From positions 47,101 through 111,100 of IMG/VR virus record IMGVR_UViG_3300027798_000020: a stretch of DNA of 64,000 nucleotides, one strand, 5' to 3'. The notes under the pieces are model-generated. The model had not been told where the DNA came from, searched no databases, and saw only the letters and a list, made by a program, of their open reading frames with translations. The position numbers and the translations under genes are program-made. This document shows, in pieces, positions 18,191-28,905 of this stretch (its first letter is position 1; each line of letters starts with the position of its first letter). This DNA is from a virus.

Positions 18191-21019
18191 ATGGCATTAC
18201 GTCTAAGAAGAGGATTAGAGGCGCTAAGAACAACTATTACACCAGCAGAAGGAGAAATAGTTTACACCACAGACAGTAAAAGATTGTATGTAGGTGACGG
18301 TCTCACTGCTGGTGGTAACGGTGTTAGTGCGCCTGTTACAAGTGTTAACAACAAAATTGGGGCTGTAAGTCTAATCAGTGATGATTTAGCAGAAGGAGTT
18401 ACTAACCAATTTTTTAGTGTTGACCGGGCGCAAGATGCGGCTTGGGAGTTATTTAACAATGCTTCACATTCAAATATCTCATTTACATATGACGATGTTC
18501 TTAACAAAATTGTAGCTGTTGCTTCTCCTACATTTACAGCTGAAGATGCCATTGACACTATTGCCAACGTACTAGTTAACAGTCCTCATACTGGTATTAC
18601 GTTTAGCCACATTGATAATTCTGATCAAATCAGTGCAACTGTTACATCCGCCGGTCAATCATTTAAAACAATATCAGTTAGTCCAACACTAACTGTTACG
18701 TTAACTAATCCAGGATCTAATTATAATAGTATTCCAGAAGTTACTGTTGCTGCCCCACCGCTTGGCGGAGTTCAAGCAGTTATTACTGCAACTATTGCAC
18801 CAACTTTTGTTGCTAACATTGAAGTCACTAACGGTGGTACTAATTATTCAGCAGGCACAATTGTTACTGCTTCTGGCAGTGGATCACAAAGAGCTACAGG
18901 ATATGTATACTTAGATCCAAACGGAGCAATTACTGAGATCGATGTTCGTGAGCCAGGTGCTGGTTTTAGAAACACTCCTATAACAACTATTGTTAAACCA
19001 ATAGATGCAACTGCAACTTATGTGTCAGGTGGATTAACGACTACTATTATTGTTAGCAGTGTTGTAAATACAATCCATCCAGGCATGGCCATTACCGGAA
19101 CTGGGTACACTAGCAATCAGAAAGTAGCATCAGTAAGTGGTACTACAATAACGCTAACGGCCGGAGCAACATCATTGCCATCCGGAACTCTTACTTTTAC
19201 TGACATAGGCTCAAATGCAGTGTGCGAAGCAGTACTGGCTGCAACTACTCTTGAAGATTTTAATGTAGTCAATAGCGGATCGGGATATATCTCAATACCT
19301 GCGGTAACTATTGACCCTCCGGTATCATACACATTTAACGCTGCCACCGATGTAAACACTGTAGCTAATTCTATAACTGTTCCTGTAAATTCATTTACTA
19401 CTGGTACACCAGTAATCTATACAGCAGTTGGTGGCGGTGCTGTTGGCGGACTAATGTCTGGATCAACATATTATATAATTAAGATTAACGGAAGTTCATT
19501 TAGGTTGGCCATGAGTGCTGGAAATGCACTTGATAGCATTGCACTTGATATTACTTCAACTAGCACTGGATCTCATACTATTCGAGGGCTTCAAGCAGTT
19601 GCCGTTGCTCTTCCGTCGTCTAACCTAGTAGCTGACAGTGCTGAAGACACACTAACGCTAGTAGCCGGCGGGGATATCATTCTCACTACTAACTTTAATA
19701 CCGATACTATTACTATTAGTAACAAAGATAAAGGCAAAGTGCTGTTTGGCGGAGTTAGTCAATTAGCATACTATTCTGAAACTGGTAATACGGTTGACGG
19801 TATAGGACCTACATTAACTTTTAGACAACCTACATCCGAAGGAAATGCAGACGGTGCGTTGCTGGTGCAAGGGCAAATTATATTTGAGAATCAAGTACCA
19901 AAGATTTATTCATCAAATGCTACATTAGCAATTGCTTCAACACAGCCACTTGGGTTTGTTGAAATTGGTGATAGAGACTACGGTGGGCGATTAGGTGTTA
20001 TACAGAACGCCTATATTCCTAGTAATGGCGCACAATTTAAAGTACAACAAGCTCACAGTATGATGGATGCTAATAACACTAGCTTCATTAGATCAAGGGG
20101 AACTATTGACGTACCATTAGCGGTACAAGCTGAAGACGAATCTGGTGATTTGTCATTCCAATCTTTTGATGGCACAACTTATATGACCCACGCGGTTATA
20201 AGTGCAGTAGTTGACGGAGCGTACACTCCTAACATGATGAAGATGCCTGGTAGACTTGATTTCTTCACAAGAAGTGCAACAGATACATCAGTTGGCAGAG
20301 CATTAAGATTAAAAGGTGATAAGACTGCTGAGTTTACTTCAACTGTTAGTGCAACAGGATTTATTGGAAGTGGTGCGCAACTTACTAATTTACCAGTTAG
20401 TTCTATTGTTGCCGGTGGGGGCATTAGCATAGTTGACAACGCCGGAGCAGTTACTATTACTGCTACAGGCAGTGATATACCTGATGTAGTAGTTGCTACT
20501 GGTTCATATGCTGATCCTACATGGATTACTAGCTTGTCAGAATCTAAAGTGTTGCCTAGTCAAGCTAGCAACAATGGAAAATTCTTAACTACCAACGGGC
20601 TAGTGTCAAGTTGGGCAGATTTTCCAGCAGGCGGTGGACTAGTTACTCGAGCAACTATTGCTGGAACAACTGCTAGTATTATGAACGGTGCAACAGGCAA
20701 CGTAAATATTACTGGATACAAGGGATACATGCTTTACAAGATACAAACTTCTGCGGCGGCGTGGGTAAGATTGTATGTTAGCGATGCGGCTAGAACTAGC
20801 GATGCCGCAAGAACAGAAGGTGTAGACCCATTGCCAGATGCTGGACTTATTGCAGAAGTAATTACTACAGGAGCACAGACTATTTTAATTACTCCCGGAG
20901 CAGTTGGATTTAACAACGAGTCTCCAGTAACTAACATAATTCCAGTAGCAGTAACAAACAAGAGTGGATCAACAGGCACTATAACAGTCACATTAACTGC
21001 TGTTCAATTAGAGGTTTAA
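18191..21019 (+). CDS. Tail fibre protein with Mtd-N-like N-terminal domain
   Basis: LRLRRG...PAEGEIVYTTDSKRLYVGDG; repeated (N/S)GGxxY..P.V units. Confidence 0.75.
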   Translation: MALRLRRGLEALRTTITPAEGEIVYTTDSKRLYVGDGLTAGGNGVSAPVTSVNNKIGAVSLISDDLAEGVTNQFFSVDRAQDAAWELFNNASHSNISFTYDDVLNKIVAVASPTFTAEDAIDTIANVLVNSPHTGITFSHIDNSDQISATVTSAGQSFKTISVSPTLTVTLTNPGSNYNSIPEVTVAAPPLGGVQAVITATIAPTFVANIEVTNGGTNYSAGTIVTASGSGSQRATGYVYLDPNGAITEIDVREPGAGFRNTPITTIVKPIDATATYVSGGLTTTIIVSSVVNTIHPGMAITGTGYTSNQKVASVSGTTITLTAGATSLPSGTLTFTDIGSNAVCEAVLAATTLEDFNVVNSGSGYISIPAVTIDPPVSYTFNAATDVNTVANSITVPVNSFTTGTPVIYTAVGGGAVGGLMSGSTYYIIKINGSSFRLAMSAGNALDSIALDITSTSTGSHTIRGLQAVAVALPSSNLVADSAEDTLTLVAGGDIILTTNFNTDTITISNKDKGKVLFGGVSQLAYYSETGNTVDGIGPTLTFRQPTSEGNADGALLVQGQIIFENQVPKIYSSNATLAIASTQPLGFVEIGDRDYGGRLGVIQNAYIPSNGAQFKVQQAHSMMDANNTSFIRSRGTIDVPLAVQAEDESGDLSFQSFDGTTYMTHAVISAVVDGAYTPNMMKMPGRLDFFTRSATDTSVGRALRLKGDKTAEFTSTVSATGFIGSGAQLTNLPVSSIVAGGGISIVDNAGAVTITATGSDIPDVVVATGSYADPTWITSLSESKVLPSQASNNGKFLTTNGLVSSWADFPAGGGLVTRATIAGTTASIMNGATGNVNITGYKGYMLYKIQTSAAAWVRLYVSDAARTSDAARTEGVDPLPDAGLIAEVITTGAQTILITPGAVGFNNESPVTNIIPVAVTNKSGSTGTITVTLTAVQLEV

Positions 21020-21020
21020 C

Positions 21021-23663
21021 ATGGCCAAACTAGTGTATGAGTATATTGTCACATTACACAATGTAGACGATTTAGATTCGTTCTATCAAGAAATGGCAGC
21101 GCCAGCTGATGGGATTCAAACATCTATTCCAGATAGGGAAGTTGAGTGTGCTGCCTTAAGACCTTTGAGTAGAAACACTCATTACATAATGACTGCCGAA
21201 GAAGCCAGTGTGTTAGAAAAAGATCCCAGAGTAAAATATATAGAACTTGCGCCTGCTGAAAGAGGTATCAGCGCAGGAACATTTGTAGATCAATCTAGTT
21301 TAAGTTGGAACAAGTCTGCAACTACGGCTGGCCTTCACAAAAACTGGGGTCTGTTAAGATGTACTAGAGAAACCAATGTGCCTAACTGGGGATCAGACGG
21401 GAGTAGTGCTACCGTCAGCGGTACTATAACACTTACTAGTACTGGTAAAAACGTTGACGTGGTTATATGTGACACAGGTTTGCCTACAGCAACTCATCCA
21501 GAATTTCAAAAGAACGCAGACGGTACCGGCGGCACTAGGATTGTAGATTACAATTGGTATCAACATAATCCCGAAGTAACAGGAGGCGCTCCAGGTACTT
21601 ATAATGTTGGGTTACTTGATCCTCACGGTATGCACGTAGCTGGCACGGTTGCAGGCAATACACAGGGCTGGGCCAGAGATGCCAACATCTATAGTCTCTA
21701 CTATGATACTGGTAACAGCGGTAACTTCAGCTTGGTGTTTGACTATATTCGTGCGTTCCACAGAAACAAACCAATTAATCCTGCCACTGGCAGACGTAAC
21801 CCAACTATTATCAACAACAGTTGGGGACAGAGTATTTTTCCAGGAGAGTGGTCATTTAATGACATAACTGCTGTTACCTACAGAGGAACACGTAATACGC
21901 CTGCAGGAACTCCAACAATTGTGTACACAGGGTTTAGCGGTGTGTGTTCTTCAAGTACAAAATTAGGAAATATTTTAAATTTAGAAAACGGTGGAAATAG
22001 AATTGTAACAACTTCAACTGTTAACAATTTAATTCTCAGCAAGCCTGAAACATGGGCTGTTGACAATGCTAACAATCAAGCATATCTAACTTCCTTTGAT
22101 AAACCTGCAGATACATATGACGTACAGGTACAAGGACCATGCACGGTTGATTTGATTAGTCAATTCTCTGGAGGTTCGCTTGTAGGTGATGGTATCACTA
22201 CTCTAGCAAATGCTATCGAAATATTATACAACGGTGTGAGGGTAGTACAATACGAAGACGGGCCTGTATCTGATACAGCCGAACCGGGTGACGATGTTTC
22301 TGTAGACATAAGTGAAACTAACGTAGCATTAGCAAACACAGGTACCTATACTATTAGATTCCATAACAGTGTAGTCGAAACTGGAGATGTCGGTGATCCA
22401 ATTTATGCAACTGCTATGAGCGTAAGAGCACGATCAGGCGCTAGTAGTGTTACAGTGTCATCAATATCAAGCAGTTTACTTGGAGCGGCATCATTGACTG
22501 CGTCAACAACTCCTACAGATATTGCAGGTAACACAACAAATCCTAACGATGATGCTTATTGGTTGTTGACTTTACCATTTAACATTAGTTTCTTAGGAAC
22601 TACTTATAATCAAATATATGTCAGCACTAATCACTATTTGACATTTGGCGGCGGATCTTTTGTATACAGTGGTATAAGTGAAAGTGTTCCAGCACTGCCA
22701 AAAATATCTGCTAGTGCCGCTGACAATTCAGTTCAACGAATATACTACGGAGTTGAAGGCACTGCACCTAATAGAACATTCCGTGTGCGTACAGAAGGCA
22801 ATGCGGCAACTAGTGGAACACTAGGAAGTCCTAACATGGTACACGAATGGACGTTTTATGAAGACGATCCAAGCAAGATAGATTTACAAACAGGCGTAAA
22901 CAATAGAAAGACTAGTTCAGGCGGTGGCGCATTTACTTCAGGTGAATTAAACACTTGGGGATTTATTGCAGGACAACGTATACCTGCTAGAGTAACAGCC
23001 TGTGACGAAGATATTATTGACGCAATGGAAGAAGGAATTATATTTGTTGGTGCGGCTGGAAATGGTAGGTGGAAACACGATGTACCAGGAGGCCTTGATT
23101 GGGACAACACATTTGAAATGAGCAATAGATATCCGGGTCAAATATTCTACTACATGCGAGGCACGAGTCCAACTGCTAATGATCTTGGTATGCCAAACAT
23201 ATGTGTTGGTGCGGTAGACGTATTAGCAGTTGACCAAAAGAGTTACTTTAGCGATTGTGGACCTGGTACTGATTTATATGCGCCAGGCACCCAAATTATT
23301 AGTGCAGTGCCTAGTGGTACTGCTGATCCAAGAAGTCCTACCCACTACCTTGCCAAGTATAGCGGAACTAGTATGGCTAGCCCGCAAGTATGCGGAGTTA
23401 TTGCTTGTGCATTGGAAACATATCCAAATATGAATCAATCAGCAGCCAAAGCCTATATTCTGTCAGTAGCTAAAACAAATCAGCTAACCGCTACTTCAGG
23501 AGGACCTGCTGATATTAGAGATCTTCAAGGCGGTGCAAATTTATATTTGTACTACAAAAAAGAGCGAGCTACAGTGGGAACTACGTTTCCTAAACAAACA
23601 ATTGGTATTAGACCTGTCACAGGGACTGCTTACCCAAGACCAAGACTACGTAGAAGAGGGTAA
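21021..23663 (+). CDS. Subtilisin-like serine protease (S8) with prodomain and inserted domains
   Basis: Catalytic motifs VVICDTG, HGMHVAGTVAG, AAGNG, SGTSMASPQV. Confidence 0.9.
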   Translation: MAKLVYEYIVTLHNVDDLDSFYQEMAAPADGIQTSIPDREVECAALRPLSRNTHYIMTAEEASVLEKDPRVKYIELAPAERGISAGTFVDQSSLSWNKSATTAGLHKNWGLLRCTRETNVPNWGSDGSSATVSGTITLTSTGKNVDVVICDTGLPTATHPEFQKNADGTGGTRIVDYNWYQHNPEVTGGAPGTYNVGLLDPHGMHVAGTVAGNTQGWARDANIYSLYYDTGNSGNFSLVFDYIRAFHRNKPINPATGRRNPTIINNSWGQSIFPGEWSFNDITAVTYRGTRNTPAGTPTIVYTGFSGVCSSSTKLGNILNLENGGNRIVTTSTVNNLILSKPETWAVDNANNQAYLTSFDKPADTYDVQVQGPCTVDLISQFSGGSLVGDGITTLANAIEILYNGVRVVQYEDGPVSDTAEPGDDVSVDISETNVALANTGTYTIRFHNSVVETGDVGDPIYATAMSVRARSGASSVTVSSISSSLLGAASLTASTTPTDIAGNTTNPNDDAYWLLTLPFNISFLGTTYNQIYVSTNHYLTFGGGSFVYSGISESVPALPKISASAADNSVQRIYYGVEGTAPNRTFRVRTEGNAATSGTLGSPNMVHEWTFYEDDPSKIDLQTGVNNRKTSSGGGAFTSGELNTWGFIAGQRIPARVTACDEDIIDAMEEGIIFVGAAGNGRWKHDVPGGLDWDNTFEMSNRYPGQIFYYMRGTSPTANDLGMPNICVGAVDVLAVDQKSYFSDCGPGTDLYAPGTQIISAVPSGTADPRSPTHYLAKYSGTSMASPQVCGVIACALETYPNMNQSAAKAYILSVAKTNQLTATSGGPADIRDLQGGANLYLYYKKERATVGTTFPKQTIGIRPVTGTAYPRPRLRRRG

Positions 23664-23665
23664 TT

Positions 23666-26509
23666 ATGCTCGATATTTGGACACAATCTTCAGGTTACAA
23701 TTTTGGAACGTTTCAAGAACGATTTCAGATTAATTTGCCGTTACCTGTAACTAATGTCCCAGGTAACACTAATTTTAAAGTTATATCGGGGGCATTGCCC
23801 CCTGGTCTACGAATTGAAGGACAGTTTATTATTGGAACTCCTGGAGAAGTTCCTCGAGACACAAGTTACGCATTTTGTATTAGGGCTAGTCATAGCAGTG
23901 GAATAGCCGATAGAACATTTAATATGATTGTGCAAGGCCCTGACGAGCCAAGGTTTATTACTCCAGCAGGTCAATTAAGAATTGGTGAGAACGAACAGCT
24001 ATATGTATTAGACAGTTCATTTGTAGATTTTCAAATAGGTGCGATTGACACTGATACTGTTACTGGACAACAATTAAGTTTCTTTATTGCCAGCGAAGAA
24101 GGCGAACTACCTCCGGGGCTATTATTAACACAAACTGGTAGAATAACTGGGTTTGTGCAACCAGCACTATCAATTAAAGTTGCAGACGGCGACGGAAGTT
24201 TTGACAACAGCTACTATGATAATGTTGCATACGACTTTGGCTATCGTCCAACCAACGGCTACGACAGTTATATATACGATCTTGTATTTTATGATTTTGC
24301 TCTACCTAGTAAACCTCCTAAAAAATTAAATCGTAACTATGAGTTTATTGCTACTATTAGTGACGGTGATTCTGTTACTAAAAGAAAATTTAAAATATTT
24401 GTAGTCGGCGATGACTATTTCCGTGCAGACAATGTAGGGTTCCCAGTTAATAGCGGATTATTTACTGCGGATGCACAGTACTTAAGACAACCAATATGGA
24501 CTACTCCTGCTTACTTAGGGACTCGACGAGCAAACAATTATGTGAGTTTTATACTTGATACTTACGAAGCACTAACTTCGGGAATAGTTATCTATAGTAT
24601 GACCGACGAAGAGATTACAAAATTGCCGCCTGGAATGCAATTTGACCCGACTACATCTGAAGTGTTTGGTTCTATCCCATATCAACCGGCTGTTACTAAA
24701 CGATATAGTTGGACTATTGTTGCCACACGTTACGGAACAAATGAAGATGTTGTTGTCACTGAAAGAACTTTCTATGTAGATGTTATTGGAGAGATTGACA
24801 GTGTTATTAATTGGCAAACTAATAGTGATCTTGGTATTATAGATGCAAACTTTGTATCAACTTTAAAAATTCAAGCTACTAGTACAGTTCAAGATGCTAT
24901 TGTAGTATATACTGTAGAACGCGGTGAGCTACCTGTTATTGTTGAAATTAATCCAAATACATCAAATACCGTTGCGGCGGGATGCGCAGACGCTAATTTT
25001 AATACTACATTGACATTAGGTCCACTACTAAACGGAAAAAACAGTTATACAAATGGTAACAAGAGTCTAACATGGAACGGATTTATTTGGACTTACAGAA
25101 TTACTGGTGAGGACGAATATTATAAAAGTGTACAAAACGTACAGTATCCGTGGCAGATTACAGAGTGGACATCTGAATTAGGAGCCCTAGAACCTGCACC
25201 ATCATTTACTCAATTAGGCGGATTAGCTAACGACGGCACTATTGCCACACTGACGTTCCCAGAACAATTTGAACCGCCATTCAAAGTTGGTGCTATGATT
25301 AAAGTTGAGAAAATGAGTGTGCCGGCATACAATGGAGTGTACTCTGTTTTAAGTTGTACCACAACAAATGTAACGTATAAAAACACTACTCGGTTACCAG
25401 CACTGGCAGGGACAATTAGTAATAATAATGGCGGGTTCCCTCCGGGACTAGTGTTAGACTTAGGTGGTGAAGTTGTTGGAAAAGTTAATCAATACGGCAC
25501 TGCTGACACACCTGGATTAATTACCTTTGATAATAACTCGTTTAGTATCGATCAACAGGCTACTACTATTGACCGGTCTTATAGTTTTATAGTTAAAGCT
25601 AGAGATCAGTTTGGATTCAGTGCGGCGTCTAAGGCATTTACACTGTTAGTACAAACACCAAACAACAAACTATACAGTAATATATCGGTTGCTCCCTTGC
25701 TTAAAATTAATCAACGAAAACTATGGAAGGATTTTATCACTGACAGCACAGTGTTTACTCCTGAAAATATCTATAGACCAAACGATACTAATTTTGGCGT
25801 ACAGCGCGATCTTAAAATGTTAATCTATGCAGGCATTGAAACTACAGAAGCAGGCGCATATGTAGGAGCAATTGGACTAAATCACAAAAAGAAAACATTT
25901 AGATTTGGCGAAATTAAGAAAGCAGTTGCAGTAATTCCAGGAACAAACACACAAGTATACGAAGTAGTATATGTAGAAATGTTAGATCCACTTGAACCAA
26001 ATAAGAAAGTTTTACCTCAACGATTAACTGCTATAGGTCGACAAAACATTACATTAACTACAGATAATACTGTAAACTTCTGGGACGCTGGTGAAAACAT
26101 TCCAAGTTTAAATCAAGATAGAGCATACAAAGAACGTCCAGACCCCATAGTTACTATTGACAGTCAAGGATATCTAGCTAGCGATCCTAACCCATCTACG
26201 TATTTTCCTAACAGTGTTACTAATTGGAAACGACGAATACGTACTGTTGGGTCAACAGAAAGAAATTATCTGCCATTATGGATGCGTAGTATTCAGCCAG
26301 GCGGAAAGCAGGAATTAGATTTTCAACTAGCTTTACCTATTTGCTATTGCAAAATAGGGGGTGCAGATGACATAATTTTAAACATTAAATACAGCGAATT
26401 TGATTTTAAAACTTTAGAATATACTATAGATCGATATCTAATAGATTCTATAGAAGACTATACACGAGATAAATATCTTGTATTCAGAAACGATAGGATA
26501 ACAATATGA
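23666..26509 (+). CDS. Structural protein with putative Ig-like (He_PIG-type) repeats
   Basis: Repeated G.LPPGL.L...G.I.G.P motifs; located in tail/baseplate block. Confidence 0.7.
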   Translation: MLDIWTQSSGYNFGTFQERFQINLPLPVTNVPGNTNFKVISGALPPGLRIEGQFIIGTPGEVPRDTSYAFCIRASHSSGIADRTFNMIVQGPDEPRFITPAGQLRIGENEQLYVLDSSFVDFQIGAIDTDTVTGQQLSFFIASEEGELPPGLLLTQTGRITGFVQPALSIKVADGDGSFDNSYYDNVAYDFGYRPTNGYDSYIYDLVFYDFALPSKPPKKLNRNYEFIATISDGDSVTKRKFKIFVVGDDYFRADNVGFPVNSGLFTADAQYLRQPIWTTPAYLGTRRANNYVSFILDTYEALTSGIVIYSMTDEEITKLPPGMQFDPTTSEVFGSIPYQPAVTKRYSWTIVATRYGTNEDVVVTERTFYVDVIGEIDSVINWQTNSDLGIIDANFVSTLKIQATSTVQDAIVVYTVERGELPVIVEINPNTSNTVAAGCADANFNTTLTLGPLLNGKNSYTNGNKSLTWNGFIWTYRITGEDEYYKSVQNVQYPWQITEWTSELGALEPAPSFTQLGGLANDGTIATLTFPEQFEPPFKVGAMIKVEKMSVPAYNGVYSVLSCTTTNVTYKNTTRLPALAGTISNNNGGFPPGLVLDLGGEVVGKVNQYGTADTPGLITFDNNSFSIDQQATTIDRSYSFIVKARDQFGFSAASKAFTLLVQTPNNKLYSNISVAPLLKINQRKLWKDFITDSTVFTPENIYRPNDTNFGVQRDLKMLIYAGIETTEAGAYVGAIGLNHKKKTFRFGEIKKAVAVIPGTNTQVYEVVYVEMLDPLEPNKKVLPQRLTAIGRQNITLTTDNTVNFWDAGENIPSLNQDRAYKERPDPIVTIDSQGYLASDPNPSTYFPNSVTNWKRRIRTVGSTERNYLPLWMRSIQPGGKQELDFQLALPICYCKIGGADDIILNIKYSEFDFKTLEYTIDRYLIDSIEDYTRDKYLVFRNDRITI

Positions 26510-27069
26510 GCACTTTAAACTATGCAGCCATTGACGAAACATACCCAGTTGCAGGGCAAGATAATAACAGTCAAGGATTTAGAGGCAACTTTGCCGCAAT
26601 TAAGTCTTCGATTGCCCAAGCAGAAACTGACATTACTGCACTAGAGACAAATACTGCTAAAAAGAATGCTAGTAACGATTTTAACGGAAATACTGTTGCC
26701 AATGCAGTTTATAACAAGTTCTACGGAGCAACGTATCCGCTAGGTGTTATTAGTGCGCCGCAAAATATTAATTTAAATAACGGTCCTTTACAGTATGTTA
26801 CCTTAGGTGCTGATACAACACTAACGTTTCAAAATTGGCCCGCAACTGGAAAATTTGCACAGGTGCGTGTACACATGATCGGTGACGGCAATGCTATTAG
26901 AACTCCAACACTTGCCACTGAAGCAGGCGGATTAATTGTATATGATCAAGAAATCATTGATGATCCAGATATTCTTAAATTACCTACTAATCAAAAGAAT
27001 AAAGTAATTGATGTGTGGACGTATAACGGTGGCGCAAAAGTTTTTATTAAGTTAGTTGGAACATTCTAA
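26506..27069 (+). CDS. Probable virion structural protein
   Basis: IDETYPVAGQDNNSQGFRGNF then a coiled coil; TAAATA at 26470. Confidence 0.6.
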   Translation: MSTLNYAAIDETYPVAGQDNNSQGFRGNFAAIKSSIAQAETDITALETNTAKKNASNDFNGNTVANAVYNKFYGATYPLGVISAPQNINLNNGPLQYVTLGADTTLTFQNWPATGKFAQVRVHMIGDGNAIRTPTLATEAGGLIVYDQEIIDDPDILKLPTNQKNKVIDVWTYNGGAKVFIKLVGTF

Positions 27070-27299
27070 TGCACCCATTTGCCAGTGACCTATCGCAACT
27101 AAAGGATGGTGAATTGGAAGCTAAGGTGCATGAGTTAACTAGAAAATACTTTATCACCTACAATCCCGAAGTTCGTTCTCAAATAGTATTGTTTTTAGAA
27201 ACTTACAAAGAAGAGATACGAGTTCGGCAAGCCAAATTATGGCAATCACAACAGGCGCAAGTCAGTAATGGACTTGACAAATTAATCAAAGTCAACTAA
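27069..27299 (+). CDS. Hypothetical protein
   Basis: Coupled 76-aa helical ORF. Confidence 0.65.
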   Translation: MHPFASDLSQLKDGELEAKVHELTRKYFITYNPEVRSQIVLFLETYKEEIRVRQAKLWQSQQAQVSNGLDKLIKVN

Positions 27300-27302
27300 A
27301 AT
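27274..27302 (+). promoter_or_regulatory. sigma70 promoter, probably producing a leaderless mRNA
   Basis: TTGACA(27274)-17 bp-TAAAAT(27297); ATG begins 7 nt after the -10 box; no SD. Confidence 0.65.
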
Positions 27303-27308
27303 GTTGAC

Positions 27309-27821
27309 ATGCGATTAGACAAATATTCCAACCCAGTTTTTAGCGAGCAGGATCTTTTTGAAGCCATATACTCTGGCTTTGAGTTTAATCCGGCAGACAC
27401 ATTATTAGTAGACACTCGCTCCGACGATCTAAAAAATTTAGAAACACAACTAGGTTTTAAATTTTTAGAAACGTATAACACCAATTTTGAAATTACAGAC
27501 TACGATGCGGCATGCCAAAGTAATTGGAATATGCCTAATGAATATAAAACACTAGATATTGAAGCATGGATATGGGAACAATGTCCGCCTTGGGACCCAG
27601 AACATACTAGAGTTAAAGAAGAGTTGGAAGCGTACAAAGCAAGAAATATGCTAGATTTACTGCGGTGGCTTAAATATTTTGTAGATACTTGCTCAAAAGA
27701 AAAAATAGTGTGGGGTATAGGACGGGGGTCAAGCGTGGCTAGTTATGTACTATTCCTAATTGGGGTTCACAAAGTAAACAGTATAAAATATAATTTAGAC
27801 TGGCAGGAATTCTTGAGATAA
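27309..27821 (+). CDS. Stand-alone DNA polymerase III alpha (DnaE) NTPase-domain-like protein
   Basis: RVKEEL...WGIGRGSSVASYVLFLIGVHKVNSIKYNL..EFL matches the DnaE GPGRGSAAGSLVAY.LGIT.VDP..Y.L.FERFL pattern; only 170 aa. Confidence 0.75.
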   Translation: MRLDKYSNPVFSEQDLFEAIYSGFEFNPADTLLVDTRSDDLKNLETQLGFKFLETYNTNFEITDYDAACQSNWNMPNEYKTLDIEAWIWEQCPPWDPEHTRVKEELEAYKARNMLDLLRWLKYFVDTCSKEKIVWGIGRGSSVASYVLFLIGVHKVNSIKYNLDWQEFLR

Positions 27822-27848
27822 GTACTATTATAATCCTAGGAGATTAAT

Positions 27849-28142
27849 ATGGCAATGAAAGAACAACAAAGAGCGGTCTATCGCTCAATGCAGGGTAAAG
27901 AAGTTGATATGAGCAAATTGGCTCTGCAAAACGAAATGACAGTTGCAGTCGGTAATGTGCGAGTAAACGCCCGTGGCGACGAACTAGGTCCTGGTGGTAA
28001 AATCGTTCGTAAACGTGAAGACATTCTTAAAGAGTATCATCAAGATCACCCACAGTCTGTACCAGACGAAGTATCTGTTAGAAAACAAGTAATTGACAAA
28101 CAGGTTGCTGTTAAAGATATGGATTTAGAAGGTGACGAATGA
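27849..28142 (+). CDS. Hypothetical phage protein
   Basis: SD AGGAG; YRSMQGKEVDM...AVGNVRVNARGDELGPGG. Confidence 0.7.
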   Translation: MAMKEQQRAVYRSMQGKEVDMSKLALQNEMTVAVGNVRVNARGDELGPGGKIVRKREDILKEYHQDHPQSVPDEVSVRKQVIDKQVAVKDMDLEGDE

Positions 28143-28483
28143 ACGCTGTAAAAGGTAAAATTATTCCTCTTCGTGATAACGTGCTAATTGCCGATATGAA
28201 CTTTGATGAACAGAAGACTACTTCAGGTATTATCATTAGAAGCGATAACGGCAAAACTGAAGGCATTAAACCTAGATGGGGTCAAGTTTGGGCTATTGGT
28301 CCTGAACAGGAAGATGTTAAAGTAGGTGATTGGATTTGTGTTGAACACGGTCGATGGACACGGGGTATCAAAGTTGAAAATCCAGACGGTACTGAGATTA
28401 CTGTTCGAATGGTTGATAACGGCTGTATTATGCTACAGTCCGATGAGCGTCCTACTGATGTAGATATTAGAGACGGTATTTAA
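28139..28483 (+). CDS. groES: Co-chaperonin GroES-like
   Basis: IIPLRDNVL, EQKTTSGIII mobile loop, GQVWAIGP, VKVGD. Confidence 0.85.
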   Translation: MNAVKGKIIPLRDNVLIADMNFDEQKTTSGIIIRSDNGKTEGIKPRWGQVWAIGPEQEDVKVGDWICVEHGRWTRGIKVENPDGTEITVRMVDNGCIMLQSDERPTDVDIRDGI

Positions 28484-28496
28484 ATATTTTAATTGA

Positions 28497-28761
<265 letters not shown>

Positions 28762-28765
<4 letters not shown>

Positions 28766-28905
28766 CCTGTCAAACATGCAAGAAGGAATATTCTGCATTA
28801 TGTAACTATAATCAAGGCAGATGTCCTCATCATCCACCATATATAAATTCACATTCACTGAGATTTTATAATCTAATACAAACAATTAAAGGCTGGTTTA
28901 AATGA
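28762..28905 (+). CDS. Small Cys/His-rich protein (not in ORF track)
   Basis: GTG start, 47 aa MTCQTCKKEYSALCNYNQGRCPHH...; overlaps both neighbours by 4 nt; SD AAGGAG. Confidence 0.55.

Noticed and set aside
18191-21019. Diversity-generating retroelement suggested by the Mtd-N domain
   Set aside because: No reverse transcriptase and no TR/VR pair differing at adenines seen in the window
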